Assembly: GCF_009914755.1 (NCBI RefSeq)
Contig: NC_060938.1
From: the human T2T-CHM13v2.0 reference genome, Homo sapiens
Strand: one strand, 5' to 3'
Length of the DNA stretch: 64,000 bases
Under the pieces are notes generated by a model. It was not told the origin of the DNA and made no database searches. It saw only the letters and a program-made list of their open reading frames with translations. Positions 1-14,774 of the stretch are shown in pieces; position 1 is the stretch's first letter, and every line of letters starts with the position of its first letter. Made by a program: the position numbers and the translations under genes.

Positions 1-1690
1 CTATTCTTCTCAAACTATTCTGAAAATTGAAGAGGTAAGAATATGTCTAAACTCATTTTGGAAGGCCAGTATTACACTGATACCAAAACCAGACAAAGAC
101 ACAACTAAAAAAGAAAACTACAGGCTAATATCTCTGATGAACATACATGCAAAAAATCCTCAACAAAATACTAATCAAATTCAATCACACATTTAAAAAA
201 ATCATTTATCATGACCAAGTGAGATTCATTCCAGGAATGCAAGGATGGTTTAATATACACAGATCAATGTGATACATCATATCCACAGAATGAAGGACAA
301 AAATCATATGATTATTTCAATTGATGCTGAAAATGCACTCAATAAAATTAAACATTAGTTCATAATAAAAGAAATCTCAAAAAATCTGGGAATAGAAGTA
401 ATATACTTCAATGCAATAAAAGCCATATAGGACAGACCCACAGCTATCAACATACTGAATGAGGAAAAAATTATCTTAGAGCCTTTCCTCTAAGATGTGA
501 AACAGAAAAAGGCTATGCATTTCACCACTGTTATTTAATATAGTATTGGAACTGTTTGCTAGAGTAATTAGACAAAAGAAAGAAAGAGCATCCAAATTGG
601 ATTGGAATAAGTAAAATTATTTCTTTTTATAGATGATATCATCTTATATCTAGAAAAACCTACAGATTCTATCAAAAATCATTAAAACAGATGAACACAT
701 TCAGTAAAGTTGCAGGATACAAAATTAACATAAAAATCAGCAGCACTTCTATATGCCAACAACAAACAATCTGATAGACAAATGAAGAAAGTAATACCAT
801 GATAGTAAATAAAAATAAAATAAAATGCCTAGGAATAAACTTAAAAGAAGTGAAAGTTCTCTGCAATGAAAACTGTAAAAATTGATGAAAGTAATTAAAG
901 AGGACATACATAAAAAATGAAAAGATGCTCCATGTTCATGAATTGGAAGAATAAATCTGTTTAAAATGTCTGTACTACCTAAAACAATCTATGGATGCAA
1001 ATATCAAAATATCAATGACATTCTTCCCCAAAACTGAAAAAAAAAATCCTAACATTTATACAGAACAACAAAAGACCCAATTATCCTGAGCAAAAAGAGC
1101 AAAACTGAAGAAATCACATCACCTAACTTCAAATTATATTACAGAGCTATAGTAAACAAAACAGCACAATACTAACATCAAAACAGACACATAGTCTGAT
1201 AGAACAGATTAAAGAACTCATAAATAAATCCACATATTTGCAATTCTATGTTTGTTGCATCATTGTTTACAGGTAAGACATTTTTGGCAAAGGGGCCATG
1301 AACATACATTGGGGAAAGCAGGGTCTCCTAAATAAATGGTGCTGGAAAACTGGCTATCTATATGCAGAAGAATGAAATTAGACCCCTATCCCTTGCCATA
1401 AAGAAAAGCAAATCTAAATGGATTAAAGACCTAAATTTGTGGAAAATGTATGAAGATACTAAAAGAAAACATGGTGGAACGTCTCCTGAACATTGGTCTA
1501 GGCAAAAATTTCTTGAGTAATAACTCAAAGCACAGACAACCAAAGCAAACATGGACAAATGGGATCACATTGAGCTAAAATGTTTCTTCCCAGTAATGGA
1601 AATAATAAAAAAGTAAAGAGACAACCCACAGAGTGGGAGAAAATATTTGCAAATTACCCATCTGACAAAGGATTAATAACCAGAATTTAT

Positions 1691-2329
<639 letters not shown>

Positions 2330-4328
2330 CAGAATATATAAGAAGCTCAAACAACTATAGGAAAAACTAATAATCTTATTAAAAAGTGGGCAAAAGATCT
2401 GAATAGACATTTCTCAAAATAAAACATACAAATGGAAAACAGATAAGTGAAAAGATGTTCAACATTGCTGATCATCAGATAAATGCTCATCAAAACTATA
2501 ATGAAATATCTTCTCACTTCAATTAAAACAGCTTTTATCCAAAAATAGGCAATATAAAATGCTGCTGAAGATGTGGAGAAAAGAGAATTCTCATACACTG
2601 TTGGTGGGAATATAAATTCATGCAACCACTATGGGGAACAGTTTGGAGGTTCCTCAAAAAACTAAAAATAGAGCTACCATATGATCCAGCAATCCCACGC
2701 TAGGTATAATAGTTCACATTATGTGCTATATTAAACTATACCATATATTAAACTAAACCATATATTCCATAAATATATGCACCCACTATATATACACACA
2801 AAAATTGAAAATTAAAAAAAATAAAAACTAAAAATAGAGCTACCAAGTGATCCAGCAATCTTATGTATCCCAAAGAAAAGAAATCAGTACATCAAAGAGA
2901 TATCTGCACTCTCATATTTATTGCAGCACTATTCACAATAGCCAAGATATGAAATCAACCTGAGTATCCATCAGCAGACAACAGACAAATGGGTAAAGAA
3001 AATGTGGTATATATACGCAATGGAGTGTTACTCAGCCGTAAAAAAGAATTAAATCCCATCATTTACAACAGTATGGATGGAACTAGCGGTCACTATGTTA
3101 AATGAAATAAGCCCAGGTACAGAAAACAAATTTCACATGTTCTAACTTACTTGTGGGAGCTAAAGATCAAAACAATTGAACTAATGGAGATAGATAGTAG
3201 AAAGATAGTTACCAGAGTCTGGGAAGGGTACTGAGAGGGGGAATGGGGAGTTGGTTAATGGATACAAAAACAAGTTTAGATAGAATGAAGCAGATATAGT
3301 ATTTGATAGCACAAGAGGGTGACTACCGTCAATAACAATTTCTTATACATTTTAAATTATTTATTGTACATTTAGACTCATTTATTGTACTTTTTAAATA
3401 TTGTACATTTAAAAATAACTAAAAGAGTATAATTGGATTGTTTGTAACACAAAGAAAGAATAAATGCTTGAGGTGACTGATACTCCATTTACCCTGCTCA
3501 TGTTGTTTCCCTGTATCAAAATATCTCACAGATCTCACTGACTATATATATATATATATACCCACAAAATTAAAAATTCAGAAAAAAATATTTTTAAAAA
3601 GAATTTTAAACCATCTAATGATGGGTACCTTTTGACTTTTTTTTTTCAAATTTAGCAAACATTATCAAATATTTTTAAAGAACAGTAAAAATGGAAGTCA
3701 TATTTTAGATTCCCCAAGGCCAACTATTCATAGCCATGTAGCCAAAAGTTGTTATCCTGATTTCCCTGAAGTTGTAGCTCCAATCATGAAAAAGCACATG
3801 TTTTATGTTCTTGTCATCATGATTCAGTAAAATTAAAGCAATCAGCCATAGACAAACCAGCTTTAACTACTCTCCTTCCCTCAAAGGTAATTTAACGTAT
3901 AATAACAAATACTGTTATACATTAAGTCAGTCAAAATACTTTCTTATTTATGCTTTATCTTCCTTAGTTGTGCTATATTTTCTGCGCTATGACTGCTGTG
4001 AGCAGATCTTCTTATTACTTTTAGTTGGGGATCTCCTGGTTTGAAACTTGTTATTTTGTGTGCAAAATAAATTTCATTTTTTATCTAACTTGATCTGATT
4101 TTATTTCTTACAGTACTTATGAATTCCAAAGTCATGGGCTGGGTATTTAAATATGTATAAAATATAGTCCTTTGCTTCAGGAGGATAGACAAGTTTGTAA
4201 AAACAATTCTTATTTTGTTTTGTAAAACCAATAGAACAAAGAAAAATTATTTTACATATGTGCAGAAACAATGGTGTTACCAAGGGAAAAAAATAAGCAA
4301 CTTCATTTAAGGAGACAGTTACTGTGGA

Positions 4329-4358
<30 letters not shown>
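4329..4358. repeat. (ATT)n microsatellite
   Basis: attattattatt run; explains the poly-N stretch in ORF 4101..4454. Confidence 0.95.
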
Positions 4359-4359
<1 letters not shown>

Positions 4360-6457
4360 CCTTGAAGGAACACTTTAACATCTCTTGAAGGCACAAAGAA
4401 ACCAGAAAAAACAGCATATGCAAATACATGGGTGGTAAATACATGGATGTTCATAACTGCTTGGATGTTCTAGGGATGCCAAGGAGCCAGCTTTACATTA
4501 AAAATAGTGTGTGTTGGGTTATGAGCACAGAAAGAGGAGAGACGAATAGAAAAGTAATGTACAAAACACTGAAAGTCTTAGACTTTAGAAATGATTTATG
4601 ATTTTACTTTTCTTGCTCTATCTTTTTTATGTGAGAATATCTATCTTTGCCTTCAAAATAGTTAAATATTCATGAGCATCTTGGTTCACTAGACTTTTCA
4701 ATTAAGTTCTTATAATTCCCCAATATCCCAGGGTGTATCTGGGAAGAAAAGTGTTAGTAGTAGATGTGTAAACAAGTCGTTCTCAACCATAATGCCCTGG
4801 AGAGAAATGTATGACCTCAATCAAACCTTCTTTTAAACATAAAAATGAGTGACCACCTGATAAACATAGGAATACTGTCTTTAAACAGAAAGGTACCTGA
4901 GAATCCTTAACTGTAAAATGCTTCTTGTGGGATACATTCTTCTGTCTAGATTTTTATTTGTAAATAAACTCAGAATATATAAATTTATGAGGGAATGTGT
5001 GGCTGAAAATTGTCACATAAACTGTACAGTTAATGTGGGGATAGTTCAAAACTAAAATGATTTTCTCTGTGGGCAATATCCATATGATTACTCAGAAAGC
5101 AATTTGCATGTTAAATTTCAAACCTGAAGTCCTGGTGTTGGGGAGGAGGGGAACAACATCTTTCAGATATAACAGGGATGAATTCAGGCATCTCTAAGGG
5201 AAGAAGACTTTCCTAACATAGTGTGCTTGCTTTTGCCATTCACCAAAATGTACTAATTGGTAAGATTCATAATTTGCATGAGTTCCATCTGACAATGTAA
5301 TTTTTTTATATATAAAAAAGTCTGTCCGTTTTTTTTTTCTAACTTGAGCACACTCCTACTGTTTTAAGCATTTTCTCTCACTATTGTACCATAAAATCTT
5401 GAAAGGGTTTTGTAACATTGTTCCATCTCAATCTTTTTTTCACTTTCCTTCCATAGAAGGGTCAGAGATATCTACATCACTACTGCTACTATATAGGTAA
5501 CACTTAGTGAAGAGTTGTCAAAAAAAGGGGATTACTTCCCAAGAAAATATTATATGTTAGCTAATCCTTTAAAATATTTTGGAAATGAGGTGAAGGAAAG
5601 TGTCCACAAAAAATAGTTGCACATATAAAAAGAGAAAAACATTCATTATCTTTCTGAGGCCATATAAATGAGAATAGTTGCAAAGACATAAATTACATTT
5701 AGAATAAAATTGCATCAAAGTAAAATTGTATTTTAATAATGTCATTAGCATTTATTAAAAGATACACTGAATCTTATTGGTAAGTAGTATTCTAAGATCT
5801 TTGTGGTAATATGTCATTAAAATTAATTAATTCATTCATTTAATATATATTAAATTACTTATTATTTCAATAGTCATGTAGTAAAGATAAATTATACAGG
5901 GCTGTATAATATAAAGTTTAAAGCAAGCATATGTAAATAGTGTGAGAGAGAAGCAGTGGTGTATTCCTTTTATATGGTTGCTTGCTCCCACACGTACTTC
6001 AAAAGAGTATTTGATCTCGCACCCCAAGAGAAACAGAGACCAACCACAGTGGAAATGCAATAAAACCACAACAAGACATTTTCCAGATTTTATATTTTGG
6101 TTTTTAATTTCAAAAGGCCCAGATTTATTGTTGTTGTTGTCATGTAAGGCAATTTAATGTAATTTTCAGAGATATTATTTGTGACTTCAGCAACTCATAT
6201 TCCTACCCAAGAGTGTTTAAAACTAAATCCCTTATGTGAGTACATTAATTTGTGTATTACATTGTTAATGTTAGAAATACAATGTAAATATGTAAAATCT
6301 CAATGAAATAAGTTTTTTTTTTTTTTTTTCCTTGGGGAGTGGGCAGTTAGTTAATGGCAAAAAGAGTTACAGGAAAAGAAGAATCAGCAAAAATATAATA
6401 GGATATAGCCTGGATTACTTATAGTTATTTTAGATATAGAATATGATAAGAAGTTAG

Positions 6458-6812
<355 letters not shown>

Positions 6813-6822
6813 TGTAATAGGC

Positions 6823-7855
6823 TTTTTTATTTTGAGATACTCATAGATTCACATGCAATTGTAAGAAATAATACAGATAAATTCTGTGTATACGTTGTCC
6901 AGTTTTCTTAATGATATTATCTTACAAAACTGTAGTGCAATATCACCCCAGTTCCTTATTAAAATTGATAGAGTCAAGATACAGTGTATTTCCACAATCA
7001 GAAGAATACTTTTGTTGCCCTTTTATAGCCACATCCAATACTGTCATAACCTCCTTGGCCCTGATGACAGCTAATTTGTCCTTGGTTTCTATAATTTTGT
7101 CATTTCAAAAATGATATATGAATATAATTAAATAGCATAAAACTATGGCCGTTTTGCATTTGGTACTCAGAATATACTCTACAGATTCATCCACATTGTT
7201 GCTTATATGAATAGTTTTATCTCTGTCTTTGTTTTTGAGTAATATGGTATGGATATACCACAGTTTGTTTAACCATTCATCTGTTAAAGGACATCTAGGC
7301 TGAATCCAGGTTTGGTCATTACAAATAAAGTTGTTATAAACATTTTTGCATAGGTTTTGGGGTCAACATATGTTTTCACTTAGGAATAAATAGCAGGAAT
7401 GCAGTTGATAGGAAATGTGTTAGTTGCATGTTCAATTTTATTAATGAACAGAAAAACTGGTTTTTACAGTGGCTGTATCATTTTACATTCTCACTAGCAA
7501 TGTATTAGTGATCCCATTTTTAACATCAACATCCGTGCCTGCATTGGGTAACATCATTATTTTTAAATTTTAGCCATTCTGATAGGTATGTAATGACGTA
7601 CCATTGTGGCTTTAATTTCCATTTTCCTAAAAGCAAATGATGTTGAACATATTTTCATGTATTTATTTGCCATCTATTTCCTCTTCAGTGAAATTTCTTT
7701 TCATGTATTCTGCCAGTTCCTCATTGGATTGTTTGTTTGTTTCACTGTTAGATTTTGAGAGTTTCTATTTATTTCAGATATTAATCCTTTATCAAATATG
7801 TGGTTTGTAAATATTTTATCCTTGTGTATGGCTTGTATTTTTTTGTCATCTTCAC
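6823..7855 (-). mobile_element. L1MC1/L1MC2-like 3' end
   Basis: ttttattttgagatactcatagattcacatgcaattgtaagaaataatacag... followed by reverse ORF2 C-terminal sequence (gatgttgaacatattttcatgtatttatttgccatc). Confidence 0.8.
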
Positions 7856-7860
7856 TTACT

Positions 7861-8850
7861 ATTTATTTATTTATATTTTAACTTTTATTTCTGGTTCAGG
7901 GGTAATGTGCTGGTTTCTTATATAGGCAAATTTTGTGTTACCGGGGTTTGTTGTACCGATTACTTTGTCACCCAGGTAATAAGCATAGTACCTGATAGGT
8001 TTCTTTTGATCCTCACCCGTTTCTCACCTCCACCCTCATGTAAGCCCCGGAATCTGTTGTTCCCTTCTTTGTGTCCATGTACTCTATGTTTAGTTCCCGC
8101 TGATAAGTGAAAAATGTGATATTTGGTTTTCTGTTGCTGTATTAGTTCTCTTAGGATAATAACATCCATCTCCATCCATGGTGCTGCAAAAGACATAATC
8201 TTATTTTTCTATGGCTGTGTAGTATACCATGGTGTATGTGTATCAGATTTTCTTTATCCAGCCTACCACTAATGGGCATTTAGGTTAATTCCGTATCTTT
8301 GCTATTGTGAATAGTTCTACAGTGAACATAGGTGTGCATGTGTCTTTATGGTAGAATCATTAATATTCCTTTAGGTATATACCGAATAGTGGGATTGCTG
8401 GGCCACATGATAATTATATTTTAAGTTCTTTCAGAAATTGCTAAACTGCTGTCCATAGTGGCTGAACTAATTTACATTCCCACCAGCAGTGTATAAGCAT
8501 TCCCATTCCTCCACAACGTTGCCAGCATCTGTTATTTTTTGACTTCTTCACAATAGCCATTTTGACTGGTACGAGAAGGTATATCATTCTTGTTTTGATT
8601 TACATTTCTCTAATTATTAGTAGTGTTGAACACTTTTTCATATGCGCAATGGCCAGGTGTGTGTCTTCTTTTGAAAAGTGTTTTTTAATGTCTCTTGTCT
8701 ACTTTTTAATGGGTTCATTTGGTTTTTGCTTATAAATTTGTTTAAGTTCCTTATAGATTCTAGATATTAGATCTTTTATGGATGCGTATTTCACAAATTT
8801 TTTTTTTCTGTTCTGTAGGATGTCTGTTTACTCTGATATTTTATTTTGCA
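7861..8850 (-). mobile_element. L1PA15/16-like 3' end
   Basis: ttcaggggtaatgtgctggtttc...cacccaggtaataagcatagtacc; ORF 7960..8196 reads MSFAAPWMEMDVIILREL, the L1 ORF2 C-terminus. Confidence 0.88.
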
Positions 8851-8992
8851 ATACCAATTTCTAATGCACCTTTGTGCTTCACATAACATAGCCTGCCATG
8901 AAGAAATTAGTAAATGCATTTAGAATGATTTAAATTTTTGTAGATAACTGTGTTTATGCAATTCTAAACTAAGACTTTGTAAATTAATCCCA

Positions 8993-9010
8993 TATATATG
9001 TGTGTGTGTG

Positions 9011-9052
<42 letters not shown>
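8993..9052. repeat. (TG)n(TA)n microsatellite
   Basis: Directly visible. Confidence 0.95.
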
Positions 9053-9055
<3 letters not shown>

Positions 9056-10539
9056 TTCCCTCTTAGAAGATTATGCTGCTGTTGGATACAAAATTATTAT
9101 TCACAAATAACTAGAGAAATGTCAATTATTTGCATCTATATATTTGGAAAAGTCTTCCTCCTAAAAAGGATAATTCATGGTATAAATGGGAGGATTATGG
9201 TATTCCCCTTCAGAAAAATAATAGCTAATATGCTTTCTTTCATAATTGTATACAGTAGGACAGGTAAGGCAATGGCCTGATTACCAACTCCTTGCTTAAT
9301 TGCGTTGAAATTTGCTGCAATCAATCCAGGCCCTTTGAGTAAATGCTATTTCAAAATTTGTCAAAAAAAAATCCAATAAATAAATGATAACATTTGGCTT
9401 AATTTATATGACATACACATTAACGTTCAGGTTTTTGAAGCTAACAAAGACCTTCAGAATGTGCCACAGTATCACTGGAAAAGAGAACAAGAAGAAAAGC
9501 ATAACATAGCAAAACAAAATACTATAGTTTGATTGTACATTCAATATTTCTAATTTAGGACCTCATTTAATTATGTTTTTAAAATTTTATTCTCACAGAT
9601 AGTATTTATATAAAAAAATTTACTGCTTCAAAATTTTTTAAAGCAGGTTAGTAAGTTTTAAATGTTCTTAACATAGAATGGCATTTACAATCAATCATTT
9701 TAAATCTGAATATAAGTCTTTATGAAGCATAACCAAATGAAATACAGATCTCTTCATAGAAACCCAAATCAAGCCAATGATTCCAAATTATATAATAGAT
9801 ATATAAATAAAAATTTTGCCAGTATACAAAACAATTGATGTTTTAACTTTATAGACTAACAAAGTAAAAGTGATAACCTCATTGGTTCCTTTGAAAAAAA
9901 TAAGAATTCACCAGTATAGATTTAGACAAGTAGACCTAGTGAATCTTGCTGTCTTTTAAATATTCTCCTGATAAAAATTCACCAGAGATATTTTAAAGGC
10001 TGGATAAAGCCCAAACATTAACTATATAAGATTAATTTGAAGATTAATTTGAATATATATTACAATACTTCATTTTAATTGTTAGGATTGTTGGCTACCA
10101 TGTAATTTTCTTGGCATCTCATTTTAATTTTTTATTTTAAAATGAAAATAAACATGATAATGTCCATTAATTTCTTCAGGAAAACTGCAATATTATTTTC
10201 CACAACATAATATTATACTGTATAAGTGCATTCTGAGGTATGATAATACCATCAATTTGGTGTGGGCAAAGGACCATTTTCTTTTTTACTCTACTACTAA
10301 TTCCTTTCTTGCTGAAAGAGTTCCACATGCCATAAGGGTCCAAACCTATCCTCTATCCTTTATGCATTACTCCTCAGGCAAGTTCAGGAAACACTACCAA
10401 TTAGTATACCTGAAAGAAAAAAAAAAGGGGGGGATAAGTTGCTCTTTATCTCAATTATCTCTTGCTGCATAATAAATGACTCCTAACCTTAGAAGTTTTA
10501 AACAACAAACATGTATTGCCTCGCATGGTTTCCTTATAG

Positions 10540-10909
<370 letters not shown>

Positions 10910-11108
10910 TCAGGTTTCATTCAATAAGTCAGCTGGACTGTGATCACCTGAATGCTTGACTGGACCGTAGAATCCATTTTCCATGTTCGCTCAAATGGCT
11001 ATTGGAAAAGAGCTTTAGTTCTTCACATGCAACTCTTTATAGGGATAATCACAATATGGCAGCTGGCTTCTATGGCATGGCAACGATAAGAGAGAGAAAG
11101 ACAGAGAG

Positions 11109-11242
11109 GGAAAGGCAGCACGCCACCTGTGCTCTTTGCGGAAGGCGTGCTGTTGAGGGGGAAAAAGAAAGCCCAATATTTGCTACTGTTTTTCCTTTTT
11201 TTACTATGACAAGAAAATAAATGCAATTTTAGTGGAAAAAAA
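11109..11242 (+). pseudogene. Probable 5'-truncated retrocopy of an mRNA 3' end (parent gene not identified)
   Basis: Non-MLT sequence interrupting the MLT1F LTR; AATAAA at 11216-11221; A-run at 11236-11242; flanking aaagacag direct repeats. Confidence 0.55.
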
Positions 11243-11440
11243 GACAGGAAGAGCAAGAATGCAAGACAGCAGCTTGCATTCTTATTATACAGTAATCTTA
11301 TATACTGATGGTATATCACTTCTATCATATTTCATTGGCCCATCACAAAGAGTGAAGTGTGATGTCAGAGGGAACTACACAAGAGTATGAATACCAGTCA
11401 GCAGAGATCATTGGTGACCATTTAGAAACTGGCTGCCACC

Positions 11441-12143
11441 AATGCAGTTTTGACACTAACTACCCAAAGTTAGCACAGACTTCACACAAGTTAAGGGCAC
11501 AGTCTCCAAAAGATTGCTTTCACTCCAGCCAGCAGCCATAAGCAACAGTGTTCCAAGGTCCTGTATCCTAACTGGATAGAAATTTGGAGAATATACCTCC
11601 CCCATTTGGTCATTTGTTAGAATGACTCACATAACTCAGGAAAGTGTCATCCTTGTGATTATAGTTTTATTATAAAGGATGCAAACCAGGATCAGCCAAA
11701 TTGAGACAAATAAAGTGAAGTCTGAGAGGATTTCAAACACAAAGGACCATGTCCTTAGGTCATGACATCCACTCAGCACATCACAGTATGATTACCAAAC
11801 AGGAAATCTCACTGATCTTCAAGTGTGTAGGGTTTTTATTGGAGTTTTATCATCTGCCCATGCTTGATTCATCATTTGCCACATGGCTAAACTCAATCTC
11901 CAGTCCCTCTCTCTTCCCTGGATGTTGGGCTAATGTTATTCAAAGGCATAATCCTTTAATCACATGATTGGTCTCTCCAGCATGGTCAGTTCCCATCCTG
12001 AAAATATCTAGGGGCCCATCTCCAGTCATCTCATTAGCATGAATTCAGATGTGCTCTGATGGGCCCCCCATAAGTATTGATACTCATATGGGGAAATTCC
12101 AAAGCTTTAGAGGCTATTTCCCAGCTAAGTTCTTAATCATACA
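11441..12143 (-). mobile_element. MER21 (MER21C-like) LTR, partial
   Basis: tgacactaactacccaaagttagcacagacttcacacaagttaagggcacagtc...tagaatgactcacataactcaggaaag...ggaaattccaaagctttag. Confidence 0.8.
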
Positions 12144-13525
12144 GTATTATCTCCCCTGCCTCTGTTTTCCTAAATGAAGTACATTGCTTTTGAGTGAACA
12201 TACTCTTGCTGTTTCTTTGTTCTCTAAAGAGTAGCAGAACTTGCTGCTTACATTTGGGAAAATATGTCTAACATCTCATATAATATTGCTTTGGCTAGGA
12301 CTCTTGAAAAAATGGCCAAAATTAAAATATAGTGTTAAAAATAAGTGTGGTATGATTGAAGGTGCAGGTACCACCATTGTGCTTGGCCTTGCACCTTGAA
12401 CTTTACTCTGTGGATAATGCATTTGGACTTTCACTGTCTGTAGCACTGAATTTTAATTTATCTTGATTCGCTTTTTATACAGATGAGAACATGGTCATTC
12501 ATTATATTCTATGTAAGATTTTGTAAGTTGGAAACATTTATCTGTTGTAAAAAAGGATAGTGTATAAATTCAAGTTAAATTCTGCTGTCATATACATTAA
12601 ATCACTTATTGAATTCTAATGTAAAAGAAATATTGGAAGTTAATATTAGTCACTTGAATAACCCTATTGGAAAGTTTACATCATCAACCTTTCTTTTTTT
12701 TATTTTTTCTCCTATCATTTGTCTTCGCCAACTCAGAAGATCTGCATTCTTCTGAGAATTAAATCCTTCCCTGACTCTAAAATCAGACCACGTACAGATT
12801 CTAGCTCACTATTTTCTTATCCAGAGTAAATTTTCCCATGGATCAACATTTTTCCTGGTGCCTGCTGCTCTTCTGGGAAACCCACTGCTAAGTCGTTGAC
12901 CATTTGTGTTGTCAATGGCACAGGGGTCTACAGAAAGAGGATTCATCACTTCACTTTGTTGTTCAATCCTGCAAGTAGGCCTTGATTATTTTTAGAGTTT
13001 AGGAAACATATATTTTAATATTTACTTACAATCGTTTTTCCCCTCAAGATTTCAGACATTCATGTAGGAATTTAGGCCAAATATGTATTTGATTAAGAGT
13101 CCTGATGTCATGCTACTAATTATCTCTTCCTTAATAATAGAGCATTGTAGTTGAGTAACTTCATCAATTTTGGCTCTCCTCTAGTAAAGAAATATTTTTG
13201 CTATATTTTAATTCTCTCAGAAAAATCCAGACAAGCCAGCCTACTAAACTGATACTCTACCATTCTAATCGTAACTTGTAGGCTCAAGTAAATATTTCTA
13301 AGTTGTAGATTAAGGGTATAAGCAATATGACAGTGACCAGCTTGTAAAATTGTATTCGCATTATTAATATGGACTTTATGTTTGGAAGCTTTTAATTGTT
13401 GCATAATGTCTTTATTTTCCTCATCTTTAAGATTCACAAATTTTATAAGACCTATAATAAGGCAACCTATTTAAGCTGTGTCTGCTTCAATTGGACTGAA
13501 TTATTGCTTTTGCAGTAATATAAAG

Positions 13526-13841
13526 TTATTTATTTATTTATTTATTTTATTGTACTTTTTTAGGTGGAGTCTCACTCTGTCGCCCAAGCTGGAATGCAGG
13601 GGCGTGATCTTGGCTCACTGCAAGCTCCACCTCCTGGGTTCACGCGGTTTTTCTGCTTCAGCATCCCGAGTAGCTGGGATTACAGGTGTGTGCCACCATG
13701 CCTGGCTAATTTTTTGTATTTTTAGTAGAGACGGGGTTTCAGTGTGTTAGCTAGGATGGTCTTAGTCTCCTGACCTCATGATCTGCCTGCCTTGGCCTCC
13801 CAAAGTTCTGGGATTACAGGCGTGAGCCACCACGCCCAGCC
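13526..13841 (-). mobile_element. Alu (AluSc/AluY-like)
   Basis: ggagtctcactctgtcgcccaagctgg...gcgtgagccaccacgcccagcc; (TTTA)n tail. Confidence 0.95.
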
Positions 13842-14446
13842 ATTTTTAAAAATATTTAACCTAAATTTGAGTTAGAATACAGTTATAATTTAGCAGATAC
13901 TTTTTAAAATATGGTTAACATTTAGAAACTTTTACTTCATATACTTTCATTTCCTCTAAACTTTCCTGCCTACTTGTTTGATGATTAAGTCATGGAATAG
14001 AACATCCTTTATTGAATACTTATTGTGTTTCCAGGAATAGTTAATTGGTATAAGGAAAGGGAAATTGAAATGAGTATCATTTGGAAAATAGGTACACCAC
14101 TGCAGAAGAAAGACCAATTATTTCCAACTGCAGAAATTAGGGCATTTTTAAGATTGATTCATTTGAGCTACACTCAAAAGAAGGTTGATTTCAGGAAGCT
14201 GAAAATGGAAAATGGATTGGGAGTTGGAAATAGATTATTGTAGGTTGGACAAATAGGAACAAGGTTAGAAAGAAATTTAAATTTGTGCAAAGAGTTTAGC
14301 CTTTGAATTTTTGCTGTTGTTTGAGAAGAAAAAGAGTATTTTCTCCCTGTGTTTTAGAAAGATAAACGCTATCGATAGGAGGGAAAAGAGAAAGGAATAA
14401 ATTAAATTAGTTACATATTAAATTCAGAAGTGACAAGGATATAGTT

Positions 14447-14774
14447 TGTCTTAACCCTGGCTGCTATAACAAAATACCATAAACTGGGTAGATTATAAAA
14501 ACAGAAATTTGTTTCTCATAATTCTGTAGGCAGGGAAGTTGAATATCAAGGTGCCAGCAGAATTGATATCTGATGAGGGCACAATTTCTGGTTGTCTTCT
14601 TATTGTAATATCACATGGTAGAGGAAAGGGATTTCTTCGGGGTCTGTTTTATAAAGGCACAAATCCCATTCAATCACGTCCCAAAAGCTCCCTACTCCTA
14701 ATTCTATCACTTTTAGGGGTTAAGATTTCAACATAAAAATTTGTGAGTAGGTCCTGAACATTCAATCCATTGCA
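14447..14774 (-). mobile_element. MaLR LTR (MLT1A-like)
   Basis: ggctgctataacaaaataccataaactgggtag...ggggttaagatttcaacata...cattcaatccattgca. Confidence 0.88.

Noticed and set aside
3340-3415. Triplicated attgtacattt in the L1 3'UTR
   Set aside because: Ordinary local slippage in AT-rich sequence.
11109-11215. H/ACA snoRNA retrocopy reading of the insert (two hairpins, ACA near 11209)
   Set aside because: There is no single-stranded H box between the hairpins, and the TSD and A-run lie after AATAAA plus 14 nt, which fits an mRNA 3' end better.
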